Under the pieces are notes generated by a model. It was not told where the DNA came from and made no database searches. It saw nothing but the letters and a program-made list of their open reading frames with translations. Shown piece by piece: positions 28,355 to 39,400 of a DNA stretch of 50,570 nucleotides. Each line of letters begins with the position of its first letter. Position 1 is the first letter of the stretch. The stretch lies in sequence record SRR31156797_11322, one strand, 5' to 3'. A program made the position numbers and the translations under genes.

Positions 28355-29563
28355 ATGGAAAGCATTAAAAGTATTTATCGCATAGGAAATGGACCCTCAA
28401 GCAGTCACACAATGGGGCCTAAAAAAGCATCAGTTCAATTCAAGGCAAAACATCCTGAAGCAGACCATTTTCAAGTGACATTATTTGGCGCATTGGCTGC
28501 CACAGGTAGAGGTCACTTAACTGATGTTGCCATAGAATCTGTTTTTGGCAAGGAGCATGTAGAAATACTATGGGAACCTAAAACTTTTCTAGAGAGGCAT
28601 CCTAATGCATTAACTTTTAAGGCTTTCGATAAAACCGAAAAACTTCTTGGTGAATGGACAGCATATTCCATAGGTGGAGGAGCTATTGTAGATGACAACA
28701 CAGAAGTTGAAGAAAAGCAAACCTACCCTTTCGAGAACCTGGGTGAAATATTGCGTCACTGTAATCGAAATGGTATGCATATATGGGAGTTAGTTGAAGA
28801 ATATGAAAAAGAAGATATTTGGGATTATTTGAAAGAAGTATGGGAAATTATGAAAGACTCTATTGACAGAGGTTTACGTAATGAAGGAGTACTTCCAAGT
28901 CATTTAAAACTACCTAGAAAAGCTGCAAGCTACTTGATAAAAGCTAAAGCTTATAAAGGTTCTATGAGAAAAAGAGCACTTGTTTTTGCCTATGCATTAG
29001 CTGTTTCTGAAGAAAATGCAGCTGGAGGACAAATAGTTACAGCCCCTACCTGTGGTTCCTGCGGTGTTATGCCTTCCGTTTTATACTATCTAAAACAACA
29101 ACATAAATTTGAAGAAATTAAAATTTTACGCGCCCTTGCAACTGCTGGAATTATGGGTGCTGTGGTAAAAAAGAACGCTTCTATTTCGGGTGCAGAAGTT
29201 GGTTGTCAGGGAGAAATTGGAACTGCTTGTGCCATGGCATCAGCTGCCACAACCCAACTTTTTGGCGGTACTATTTTCCAGGTGGAAAACAGTGCAGAAA
29301 TGGGTCTGGAACATCACTTAGGACTCACTTGTGATCCAGTGGCGGGATTAGTTCAAATTCCTTGCATTGAACGTAATGCCTTTGCAGCAGCGAGAGCATT
29401 AAACCATAATGCCTATGCAATGTTGAATGACGGGCGTCATCGTATAAGTTTCGATAAGATTGTAGCAACCATGAAGCAAACCGGTCACGACTTACCCAAT
29501 ATCTATAAAGAAACATCAACCGGTGGATTGGCATTATTTAGTGGAATGGCAGACGAGGATTAA
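28355..29563 (+). CDS. sdaA: Fe-S-dependent L-serine ammonia-lyase (single chain)
   Basis: IGNGPSSSHTMGP, ATGRGHLTD, SEENAAGG.IVTAPTCGSCG, SISGAEVGCQGE, HLGLTCDPVAGLVQIPCIERN. Confidence 0.93.
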   Translation: MESIKSIYRIGNGPSSSHTMGPKKASVQFKAKHPEADHFQVTLFGALAATGRGHLTDVAIESVFGKEHVEILWEPKTFLERHPNALTFKAFDKTEKLLGEWTAYSIGGGAIVDDNTEVEEKQTYPFENLGEILRHCNRNGMHIWELVEEYEKEDIWDYLKEVWEIMKDSIDRGLRNEGVLPSHLKLPRKAASYLIKAKAYKGSMRKRALVFAYALAVSEENAAGGQIVTAPTCGSCGVMPSVLYYLKQQHKFEEIKILRALATAGIMGAVVKKNASISGAEVGCQGEIGTACAMASAATTQLFGGTIFQVENSAEMGLEHHLGLTCDPVAGLVQIPCIERNAFAAARALNHNAYAMLNDGRHRISFDKIVATMKQTGHDLPNIYKETSTGGLALFSGMADED

Positions 29564-29746
29564 TTGTTTGCAGGTTTGACTTTTGATATTTCATGTTATG
29601 GTTGACATTAAATTGAAAAATCTCAATTTTCTTTACACCAATTATTAAGAACTCTCAAACTCAAATGCTGAAAAATAAAAATTCTTTGGTTTTCATTATT
29701 TCTAGGAATTCTAAACTCGCACTCTAAACTCATTTCTCAAAACTGA

Positions 29747-30499
29747 TTAGAATTCCCAGCTAATTCCATTTTTTATGACAGTATACAAATTTGAAGCCCC
29801 TTCTGGTGGATTTGTCTCATAAGTTACTGTGGAAGAGACATAAAATTTCAATCTCTGAATAAGGTGAATTTTTAATCGGGCCTCTCCTGATACATTTATA
29901 TCATTAAAATCATCAATGGCCGGCTGAACATATACTATTCCTGATAAATTTACATTTGAAGTCATATCCCAATCTAGATTCGTGTAAAGATTGATACGCC
30001 AATGATGTTGTCCAGTACCTTCATAAGTGAAAAATCTATCTTCATACATCCCGGAAAGACCTGTAAACCAACGTAAAGAATCACCTGCAATAATATTCAC
30101 TCTTACTCCAGCGCCTCCTAGTGCCCGGTATTCAACATTTCTAAAATCATTAAACTGATATTGTCCGAATACTTCAATTGTAAATGTAGAATCAAGTAAC
30201 CAGTTATATCTCAAATGCTCATATCCATAATCCTGCAATTGATCTTTCCCTGAACGAAAATAATCCCATGAGGTAAATGACATAAATAAATGATTTTTCA
30301 ATCTTAGATAAAAGTCACTATTAAAACTAGTACGCCACAAACTTGTATTACTCTCCTGGTATTGCAAACTTGCATGCAAACTGCCATAAAAACTTTTATT
30401 TTCGTCCTTTCGTTGCTTTTCAATATTAATTACCTGAGCATTTAAACTCAGAACTGAAATCATAAAAAAAATAGAGATCAAAGCTATCAAATTGCGCAT
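29747..30499 (-). CDS. Outer-membrane beta-barrel protein (DUF481-like)
   Basis: Signal peptide, amphipathic strands, HLRYNW, E.F.QYQF, terminal ISWEF. Confidence 0.75.
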   Translation of the reverse strand: MRNLIALISIFFMISVLSLNAQVINIEKQRKDENKSFYGSLHASLQYQESNTSLWRTSFNSDFYLRLKNHLFMSFTSWDYFRSGKDQLQDYGYEHLRYNWLLDSTFTIEVFGQYQFNDFRNVEYRALGGAGVRVNIIAGDSLRWFTGLSGMYEDRFFTYEGTGQHHWRINLYTNLDWDMTSNVNLSGIVYVQPAIDDFNDINVSGEARLKIHLIQRLKFYVSSTVTYETNPPEGASNLYTVIKNGISWEF

Positions 30500-30608
30500 T
30501 TATAAGGATTTTAGTTAATATTTCGTGAATTTGCTTTAACAACGTCGTGAATTTATTAATTTTATTCCTTTACTCACAATTTGTTTTGCCTTATTCGTTT
30601 AGTTATAA

Positions 30609-32063
30609 ATGAGAAGACTATTTTACATATTACTTTTGATACTCGGATTTAATGGGTCTGCTCACACGCAACAATTATTAGGTTACGTTGAGGTGAACGG
30701 AGTTGTTAAAGATGGCATCCGACCTTTGTATAACGCTAATATTGAGATCTATGCCAATAATACCTTATTGAAAATAAGTCAATCTGATATTACCGGAAAT
30801 TTCAATTTTATACTAGAATTGAACAGACAATACTCCATTAAATTTACCAAAGAATTCTACGTTTCAAAATTCATTGAATTCAATACCAATGTTCGGGAAA
30901 ATGAGTTGGGTATTTGGTTATTTCCTTTTACAGTTGAGTTATTTCCTGAATTTCCCCGAGTTGATTTCTCATTTCTCGAAGAAGAACCCATTGGGAAGAT
31001 CAGTTATAATAAAAGATTTGGAGAGTTTGAGCATGATATTGTTTACACAGAGAAAATGCATGAAAAAATTAAGACGCTATTGGATAACTTCAATAGTATA
31101 CGCTCAAACACATACGAAACAAGTATAAGACAGGCAGATGCTAAGTTTAAAAATGGAAATTCCATTGAAGCAATAAACCTATATCGAAGAGCTGCTATTT
31201 TAGATATGTCCAACGACTATCCTAATGAGCAGATGCGAAAAATAGATAAATACTTAAGGGAAAACCTGAAAAACTACGATCGATATATTAGCTTATTAAC
31301 AAATGCTGATTCCCTATTTAGAGAACATAAATTTTCACAAGCCAGATTTCACTATACATTGGCAAGCGAAATTGTTGAAGGAAGCGCTTATGCCAATTAC
31401 ATGATAGAAAAAATCAATGCTCTACTTCCAGTATTTAATCCTTCATACATTAGGCTTCAGAAATACAGGGAATTTTTGGCAAAAGGCGATCAAATGATCA
31501 GTGAAGTAAAATATGATGAAGCCATCAACTACTATAATCAGGCTTTGGCTATTCAACCTAGTGATACATACGCATTGAAGCAAATAAATTTCTTAAAAAG
31601 TCAATTGGCTAAAAAGAAGAGTAAGAAACAAAAACAAAAGAAATACCAGGAGTTTATTAATTTAGGCGACAGGTACTTCGAGAACAAATCTTATAGTGCT
31701 GCCAGATTGGTTTATCTAAAAGCTTTACAATTAAAACCAGATGAAAAATACCCAAATGTTCAGATAAATAAAATTGATCAGATCTTGTATCCAGATAAAG
31801 TACGAGAAGTTAACAAAGAATTCCCAAATTTCACTGAGATCGAACGCAACGAGGCATTTCTATCGGAATTAGCAAAAAATTACCCTCAGGGAAAAACTGT
31901 TGAATACTATGATTTGCCCGGTAAAAAGATGAAACGCGTCATTTTAGTTGATGGCAATTTAGCTTCAGAATATTTAGAGGTACGCTATGATTATGGTACA
32001 TTCTACTTCCGAAATGGTCAAAACATCAGTAGAGCTATTTTCATTTCAGAAACAAAAGAGTAA
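30609..32063 (+). CDS. Exported TPR-repeat protein with N-terminal beta-sandwich domain
   Basis: Signal peptide and repeats such as GDQMISEVKYDEAINYYNQALAIQP and GDRYFENKSYSAARLVYLKALQLKPDEKYP. Confidence 0.75.
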   Translation: MRRLFYILLLILGFNGSAHTQQLLGYVEVNGVVKDGIRPLYNANIEIYANNTLLKISQSDITGNFNFILELNRQYSIKFTKEFYVSKFIEFNTNVRENELGIWLFPFTVELFPEFPRVDFSFLEEEPIGKISYNKRFGEFEHDIVYTEKMHEKIKTLLDNFNSIRSNTYETSIRQADAKFKNGNSIEAINLYRRAAILDMSNDYPNEQMRKIDKYLRENLKNYDRYISLLTNADSLFREHKFSQARFHYTLASEIVEGSAYANYMIEKINALLPVFNPSYIRLQKYREFLAKGDQMISEVKYDEAINYYNQALAIQPSDTYALKQINFLKSQLAKKKSKKQKQKKYQEFINLGDRYFENKSYSAARLVYLKALQLKPDEKYPNVQINKIDQILYPDKVREVNKEFPNFTEIERNEAFLSELAKNYPQGKTVEYYDLPGKKMKRVILVDGNLASEYLEVRYDYGTFYFRNGQNISRAIFISETKE

Positions 32064-32083
32064 AATTCTTCTAAACATTTTAC

Positions 32084-32091
32084 TAATTTTG
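32084..32091 (+). promoter_or_regulatory. -7 promoter element for smpB
   Basis: TAATTTTG. Confidence 0.5.
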
Positions 32092-32116
32092 CTGCCCATA
32101 AATTAACAGACATTGC

Positions 32117-32560
32117 ATGAGTATTAATATAAAAAATAAGAAAGCTTCATTTGAATACGAATTTATTGAAACCTATGAAGCTGGTATTCAACTAACCGGA
32201 ACTGAAATAAAATCCATTAGAATGGGTAAAGCCAGTATTGGTGAAGCATACTGTTATTTTGTGCGAAATGAGCTTTTTGTAAAAAATATGCACATTGCTG
32301 AATATACTTTTGGCAATAGGTTTAACCACGAAACCCGTCGAGAACGAAAACTACTTCTGACCAAAAAAGAACTTAAAAAGCTTCAAAGAAAAATCAAAGA
32401 GAAAGGACTTACTATTATTCCTGTGCGCATGTTTATAAATGAACGCGGTTGGGCCAAAATGAAAATCGCATTGGCACGTGGTAAACAAACCCACGATAAA
32501 CGTCAATCTATTAAGGAAAAGGACATGAAGCGCGATATGGAACGTTTAAGAAAATTCTAG
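32117..32560 (+). CDS. smpB: SsrA-binding protein SmpB
   Basis: [42 protein letters not shown]. Confidence 0.97.
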   Translation: MSINIKNKKASFEYEFIETYEAGIQLTGTEIKSIRMGKASIGEAYCYFVRNELFVKNMHIAEYTFGNRFNHETRRERKLLLTKKELKKLQRKIKEKGLTIIPVRMFINERGWAKMKIALARGKQTHDKRQSIKEKDMKRDMERLRKF

Positions 32561-33825
32561 GTCTTAAGCTTCTTCTTTTTAGCTGCAGGGAAAAGCACAT
32601 TATTTAAAATCAAACGATAACCGGGCGAATAAGGATGCAAATTCAGATCAGTGGGCGGATCTCCAACAAAGTGTCTGAAATCCTCAGGATCGTGACCTCC
32701 ATAAAATGTCCAAAATCCCTTACCAAATGTACCATGTATGTATCTGGCCTCATCAGCTGCCTTGTTCTCTCCCAGAATTAAAACATCTGGTTTTATAAGT
32801 TTTTTATTATAGCTGGTAGTCTGTCCCATAAATCCTTTAACAATTTCTGTATGATTTTGACATAGCATTGTTGGCACAGGATCCCATTTGGCTGAAAAAT
32901 CAAATAATGTGAAATAATCATTCTCTTTAGTTATCCGCCTATTTTGCGTCATATCGATATTGGAGAACTCATACTCATAAATATTTTGGCTTAGTGTAAA
33001 ATCAGTGAATGCTAAAGTATTATCATAATTGAGTTTGCTCTGAAAATCAGGATCAATTGGGTCACCATCAAAGACTTCAGCACAAATATCAGTATTTTCA
33101 GCTGCCAATGCGATATCAAATGAATCTGTTCCGCTACACATTGAGAAAAGAAATCCACCTTCACCCACGTACGCTTTAATGGTTTTCACCACAGCTAGTT
33201 TTAACTTTGACACTTTATCAAAACCCAATGATTTAGCTTTCTCCTCCTCACTCCTCACCTGATTACGATACCATGCAGTGTGATTGTATGCTCCGTAAAA
33301 TTTACCATACTGACCCGTAAAATCTTCATGATGCATGTGAAGCCAATCATATTTATTTAATTTTCCTTCTAAAATTTCTCTATCATATACAATATCATAA
33401 GGTATTTCGGCATAAGTTAAAGCCAATGTAACAGCATCATCCCAGGGCAATTTATCTTTTGGACTGTATACTGCTATATTTGGAGCCTTATCTAATTTCA
33501 CCACATCCATATTCACATCAGGTTGAGCAATCGTAGTAACTATGGCATTACGTTTAGCATCAGCAATAACCTCATAAGAAACTCCTCTTATTACACATTC
33601 GCTCTCAATTTCTTTTAAATGCGGAAACATAAAACTACCACCTCTGTAGTTCAATAACCATTCACCAGAAACTTCATTTTGCAATGCCCAATAAGTTATC
33701 CCATAGGCTTTTAAATGATTCTTTTGATTTTCATCCATTGGGATTAACAAATAGGTTGCCTTTAATTCTGCTACAGATATAGAAAGCAATAATAGAATGG
33801 TCAGAAAATATCTTACTTTTTGCAT
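32557..33825 (-). CDS. Conserved exported Bacteroidota protein, class I glutamine amidotransferase-like fold
   Basis: Signal peptide, [64 protein letters not shown]. Confidence 0.75.
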   Translation of the reverse strand: MQKVRYFLTILLLLSISVAELKATYLLIPMDENQKNHLKAYGITYWALQNEVSGEWLLNYRGGSFMFPHLKEIESECVIRGVSYEVIADAKRNAIVTTIAQPDVNMDVVKLDKAPNIAVYSPKDKLPWDDAVTLALTYAEIPYDIVYDREILEGKLNKYDWLHMHHEDFTGQYGKFYGAYNHTAWYRNQVRSEEEKAKSLGFDKVSKLKLAVVKTIKAYVGEGGFLFSMCSGTDSFDIALAAENTDICAEVFDGDPIDPDFQSKLNYDNTLAFTDFTLSQNIYEYEFSNIDMTQNRRITKENDYFTLFDFSAKWDPVPTMLCQNHTEIVKGFMGQTTSYNKKLIKPDVLILGENKAADEARYIHGTFGKGFWTFYGGHDPEDFRHFVGDPPTDLNLHPYSPGYRLILNNVLFPAAKKKKLKT

Positions 33826-33885
33826 AAATACCAGCTTTTTACTATTGAAGAACGGATAAAGATAGATGATTGTTTTGCCCTAAGG

Positions 33886-35427
33886 TCAGAATGGTGATTC
33901 CTCATCGAAATCATAATTAGAACCCATATTTTCGCCGGGATTAAACTCCTTTTCAACTTTTACAGGCTCTTCATTCATTTTTGAACCTATCGTTTTACCA
34001 CCATTATTATTGTCAAACTCAAGATCAGGTAATCCACCTTCATCATAATCAGCAAATCGTGCATATTGACCTTCAAAACGCATTCGGATATCACCCGTGG
34101 CTCCGTTTCTGTGTTTTGCAATAATCAAGTCAGCCATTCCAATAGTAGATGTACCATCGTCATATTGTGTAATACCAAGCATTTCAGGACGGTGAATAAA
34201 CAAAACAATATCAGCATCCTGCTCAATAGCTCCGGATTCACGTAAGTCAGAAAGCATAGGACGCTTTTCACCCTGACGAGAAGTAACCGATCGGTTCAAC
34301 TGCGATAGTGCAATCACAGGCACATTAAATTCTTTAGCAATAGCTTTTAGCGATCGTGAAATTACACTTACCTCCTGCTCTCTGGACTGTTGACCTGATG
34401 CATTCATTAGCTGCAGGTAATCAACAATAATCATTTGAATACCATGCTCACTGGCCAAGCGACGACATTTAGCACGTAATTCAAAAATAGAAAGCCCTGG
34501 TGTATCGTCAATGTAAAGAGGCGCATTCCTGAGCTTAGGTAATTTACTTTCAAGTTGTTGCCACTCCCAATCTTCAAGCTGTCCGGTTTTAATTTTATCC
34601 TGCCTGATTTCAGCTTCTGTGGAAATCATCCTTTTTACTAATTGAATAGATGACATCTCCAGTGAAAAAACTGCTACAGGCAACTTAGAATTAACCGCAA
34701 CATTACGGGCAATATTTAAACAAAAAGCTGTTTTTCCCATAGAAGGACGAGCAGCCAAAATAACTAAATCTGAACGTTGCCATCCCGCCGTTATACGATC
34801 CAAATTGGAAAATCCTGAAGGTATCCCACTCAGCTCTTCTTTATTTTGGGACGCAGCTTCAATTTGATCTAATGCCTCTTCCACCACTGAACCAATAGCA
34901 GTGGTTTGTTTTTTGATATTACCCTCAGCAATTTTATAGATTTCTGTTTCAGAGTAATTAATCAAATCCACTACATCCTCGGCCATATCGAAAGCCTTCC
35001 GCTGAATTTCTCCAGTCACTCGAATCAATTCACGCTGAATAAACTTCTCTGCCACTAGCTTGGCATGATGTTCAAGGTGAGCAATTGAACCAATTCTATA
35101 AGTTAATTGGGTTACATAATAATCTCCACCGGCTTCTTCAAGCTTATTCATGCGGCGCAATTTATCCACAACAGAAACCAGGTCAATTGGCTCATTTTCA
35201 GTAGACAACTGCACTATAGCTTCAAAAATATACTGATTGCCCGGTTTATAAAAAGCTTCTGGCTTAAGAATGTCAAACACACGATAAATGGCATCCTTTT
35301 CCAAAAGAAGCGCACCCAATACTGCTTCTTCAATTTCAAGCGCATTAGGCGGTACTTTACCCGCTTCCATTGCCATATTATCAACTACCTTTGATGGATT
35401 TTCCTTTTTAAAATCTTTCTTTGCCAT
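33886..35427 (-). CDS. dnaB: Replicative DNA helicase
   Basis: EEAVLGALL, AARPSMGKT, FSLEMS, VDYLQL, LSQLNR, SDLRESGAIEQDAD, AKHRNG. No intein apparent. Confidence 0.97.
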   Translation of the reverse strand: MAKKDFKKENPSKVVDNMAMEAGKVPPNALEIEEAVLGALLLEKDAIYRVFDILKPEAFYKPGNQYIFEAIVQLSTENEPIDLVSVVDKLRRMNKLEEAGGDYYVTQLTYRIGSIAHLEHHAKLVAEKFIQRELIRVTGEIQRKAFDMAEDVVDLINYSETEIYKIAEGNIKKQTTAIGSVVEEALDQIEAASQNKEELSGIPSGFSNLDRITAGWQRSDLVILAARPSMGKTAFCLNIARNVAVNSKLPVAVFSLEMSSIQLVKRMISTEAEIRQDKIKTGQLEDWEWQQLESKLPKLRNAPLYIDDTPGLSIFELRAKCRRLASEHGIQMIIVDYLQLMNASGQQSREQEVSVISRSLKAIAKEFNVPVIALSQLNRSVTSRQGEKRPMLSDLRESGAIEQDADIVLFIHRPEMLGITQYDDGTSTIGMADLIIAKHRNGATGDIRMRFEGQYARFADYDEGGLPDLEFDNNNGGKTIGSKMNEEPVKVEKEFNPGENMGSNYDFDEESPF

Positions 35428-35508
35428 GTGTGAAGTGCTTTTTCCGTAAAATGCTCTAGTGGTAACCTTTGCTACTAAAGTTAAAAATATCTACTCTGTT
35501 TTGAATTG

Positions 35509-35516
35509 CAAAGTTA
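35509..35516 (-). promoter_or_regulatory. -7 promoter element for dnaB
   Basis: TAACTTTG on the minus strand. Confidence 0.5.
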
Positions 35517-35611
35517 GTTTTATTCATGACTATACTAAAAACAATTTCAAATAATAATAAACAATAATTAGCTATTTTATTAAATTGCCTGTGGAAAAAA
35601 AATAATAAAAA

Positions 35612-36418
35612 ATGATAGATTTCTCCAACGCCAAGATTAACCTGGGATTACACATAAAATGGAAAAGAGATGATGGTTTTCATGAACTGGAAACTGTTTT
35701 TTATCCAATACCATTAACAGATGTTATTGAAATAGTTCCTCATAATGAATTGGTTATAGAACAATCAGGAGAGTTTTCAGTAGATTGCCCTACAGCGGAT
35801 AATCTCATATACAAAGCATGGAAAATCTTACATAAACAATATCAGATTAAACCTTCACGCTTTATTTTACATAAAAATATCCCTAGTGGTGCCGGTTTGG
35901 GCGGAGGGTCTTCAAATGCTGCATTTACATTAAAAATACTCAATGAAATACACGATTTAAAAATTGAAAATGACAATCTTGAATCACTAGCAGCTCAAAT
36001 AGGTAGTGACTGTGCATTCTTTATTCAAAATAAACCATCTATTGCTTCAGGGCGAGGAGAAGTTTTGAATCAAATAAAATTCTCGCTCAAAGGAAAATAT
36101 TTACAGCTCATTATCCCTAATGTTCACATTTCAACGGCAGAAGCTTATGGTGGAATCGTTCCAAAAGAGCCTGAAAATAATCTCATAGAGGTACTCAAAC
36201 AACCAAACAGCTGGAAGCAATCTTTAAAAAATGATTTTGAGGATCATATTTTCAAAAAATATCCGCAGCTTCAAAATATTAAAAATACTTTGTATGATTC
36301 AGGAGCTGAATATGCTGCCATGAGTGGTAGTGGTTCATCCATGTTCGGGATTTTCGATAAAAAGCCAGATTTATTGAATTTTTCTAATGTAAGACTTCAA
36401 AAGATATTTCAACTTTAG
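35612..36418 (+). CDS. ispE: 4-diphosphocytidyl-2-C-methyl-D-erythritol kinase
   Basis: AKINLGL, DGFHELET, IPSGAGLGGGSSNAA, GSDCAFF, MSGSGS. Confidence 0.95.
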   Translation: MIDFSNAKINLGLHIKWKRDDGFHELETVFYPIPLTDVIEIVPHNELVIEQSGEFSVDCPTADNLIYKAWKILHKQYQIKPSRFILHKNIPSGAGLGGGSSNAAFTLKILNEIHDLKIENDNLESLAAQIGSDCAFFIQNKPSIASGRGEVLNQIKFSLKGKYLQLIIPNVHISTAEAYGGIVPKEPENNLIEVLKQPNSWKQSLKNDFEDHIFKKYPQLQNIKNTLYDSGAEYAAMSGSGSSMFGIFDKKPDLLNFSNVRLQKIFQL

Positions 36419-36420
36419 AT

Positions 36421-36447
36421 AAAAAACCCCGGCAAAACCGGGGTTTT
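36421..36447. terminator. Bidirectional terminator between ispE and the T9SS cargo gene
   Basis: AAAAAACCCCGG-caaaa-CCGGGGTTTT. Confidence 0.85.
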
Positions 36448-36473
36448 AATCACAAATGCTAACCGTTATTGGT

Positions 36474-39400
36474 TTATTCCACTAAAATACGCTCTGTAAT
36501 TATTGAATTATTTGATTTAATAGTCACGAAATATACGCCTGAAGCTGTATTTGACATATCTAATACTGTACTTCCACTGGCAAGCTGAGAACTTACAATT
36601 TGTCCCATTGCATTTGAAACACTAACGGTAAACTCACCCTGTCCGTTAATATAAATTTTATCTTTCACCGGATTTGGATATATTTTAAATCCAATCGACG
36701 CTAGATCATTTAAATCTGTCATATCCACAACCTCGGTTACATCATTATTTTCAATTGTTACATCTCCATTTTCTGTTCCAAAACCATCAGCTGTTACAGT
36801 ATATGCATATGTTCCATTTTCAAGTGCAATAGAAGCTTCACCAGCAACATCGGTAGTTAATACATTACCATCAATATTAATCTCTGCTCCTTCCATTGGA
36901 GAGCTATCTCCATTAACAATAAATGTTACGGAACCTCCCTGAACTGTTGAAACCTGAACATCATCAATATGCAGAATCCATTGCATTGGCTCACTGAACG
37001 CGTGGAATCCAACATAATATTCACCGGTCTCCTCAGGACTTATTATGGTTGTATAGTTTGTATAATTACGTACAGTAATATTATCATCATAGAATAATGG
37101 CGTTTCAAACATTGAAGCTGAAGTGTTATCAGTTCCCCATTTTACCTGCATTTTTTCTACTGTTGCATCACCAGGAAACTCGCTTGTTTTATACCAAAAT
37201 GAAAGTTCATATTGGTTTCCTTCTTCTAAATAAAGCGGATTTGTGAACAACCAATCATCCAAAGGCTCTGAGAACGAAAAGTTTATAATATGCATTGCTA
37301 CTGAATCAGAATAGGCATTATTTGGAGAATTAGCATTGTTTGATAGCTTATCCCAGCAATAATATTGGCTATTATTATTTTCAATTGACCATCCCATTGG
37401 GTATCTATAGTCACCACCTGTTGTCAAATGCAATGTATAATCGTTAAAATCTTCAAACCAAGGGAATGAATTAATTAGTGGATTTTCCATAGTAGTGAAC
37501 TCCCAGGTCTCAGTATTCTCAGCATCTCCATTTTCATTATATGCTACAATTTTCCAATAATAGGTGGTATTGTAATCCAATGTACCATCATAAGCAAAAG
37601 AGGTTACATTGCCAACATCATTGTTATTCACAATTTCATTTGCTGCAACAGTGGTTCCTAAAGACATTCGATATCCTGTTGGTTCTCCCCCTTCATTAGA
37701 CCAGGCAAACAACACATCTGTCATAATATCAATATCATTTGACTCATGAATAGGAAATACATTACCTGCTGCATTAGGAACAGAAACACTATTTGGATCT
37801 TTCCATACAACATCATCAACACGTATGCTGGAAATAACACTATCATTCATTCCATGTGATAATGCGATATAAGGCTTTGTATTGGATGAAGGGAAGGTTA
37901 CAGTATATTGAGCAATCTCTTGTTCAACCCAAATAGTATCAACAACTTCAAAAGTTGATGCATCAAAAGGATTATCCATAACACCCACATACAATGCAAT
38001 AGGTTCCATAGCTGATTTAACAGCATAAAACTGAAGCTCATTTGTCTCAAAACCAGAAACTCCAGGCAAAATAGCCATCAATGGATATTCAAATTCATCG
38101 CCATTATAAATTCTAAGTACATTGGGCGGTGAATTATATTCGCCAGTCACACCAGTTTTTACCTGTACAAAATGAAACATATAATCAGGATCACTGATGC
38201 TATGCCAACCTGTTGGAATTTGACCAACTGGTGTTGCATCAAAGTATTCAAAAATAGATGTTAGTGGTTCCACTCCTGAACCTGTAAGAGCGATAGTATT
38301 TGATCCCGTGAATGAACCATCAATTTCAAATGTTGCTGTTCCATTGAAAACATCGGAACTAGTTGGTTCAAAAATGATAGTAGCAGTATCTGACTCACCT
38401 CCTGCAATTGTTCCTGAAAAATCACAACTAAATCCTGCTTCAGCAGTAACACCTGTAATTACAAGGTCATACGTAAGGTTATTGTTAGTAATAACTACTT
38501 GAGCTGAATTAAAACCATCAATACATATCGCATCAAAATCAATTGAGCTAGTGCTAAGCGCAATTTCTGGGTCATTTGTAATTTGTTTTACCTCAATATT
38601 ATCAAGATATGTATTTTTTGGATAGCTAGCATAGTCAATGAGTTTGTATACCCAACGCATATACATATTATCTCCGTTGTAAGACGATAAATCAATTAAC
38701 TCTTGTTGATATTGTTCTTGTGCTTCAGCAGGACTTAATACAGCTAATGTTTCCCATGTATTGGCTCCATCAACTGACACTTGAAAGTATGTAGAATCAA
38801 TATTTGCTAGTCTTCCTCCAGGAACAGAATCGCCATTGAACCACCAAAATGATATCTGGCTATTATCAGGAAGATTAAAACGTGGGGTTCTTAATTCATA
38901 TTCAACTCCTTCATCTAAAAATGCAGGTGAAATATAAGCACAAGAATCACCATTTTGAGCATATGAGCCTCTGTCACTCCAATCTAAATCATTGGCCCAA
39001 TGCCAGTCTGAATACTCCGGACCGTAAATATGGAAAACCACATCGTCCCCACCTTCAAAATCCTGATTATAAGGAAAATCACTAATTATCTTTTGCGTTT
39101 CGAATGACCAAACAGGTGATGCAGAAGTATTAGTTCCATCACTAGCAACTACTTTCCAAAAATAAGTAGATTTGCTATCCAGAAGGCTATCCGTAACCGA
39201 TACTGTATATGGGCCGGCACCAGTTGCAGCCTCATCATCAGCCACTAAAGCAGAAGCAATCATTCCACTTACATCTGATTGATTTTTAGAGAAATACACA
39301 TCAAAAGAAGTTGTTGTTTCATCAAGATCAAAACTCAATTGAGTTTCAGCATCTACAAATTCCATATTTTCCCCAGGCGAAGGATTCGTAGGAGTAGCTG

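Noticed and set aside
32557-33825. Asparagine synthetase B
   Set aside because: It has a signal peptide and lacks the Ntn N-terminal Cys and the ATP-pyrophosphatase SGGLDS motif.
33886-35427. Intein in dnaB
   Set aside because: The length (513 aa) is ordinary and the helicase motifs are contiguous.
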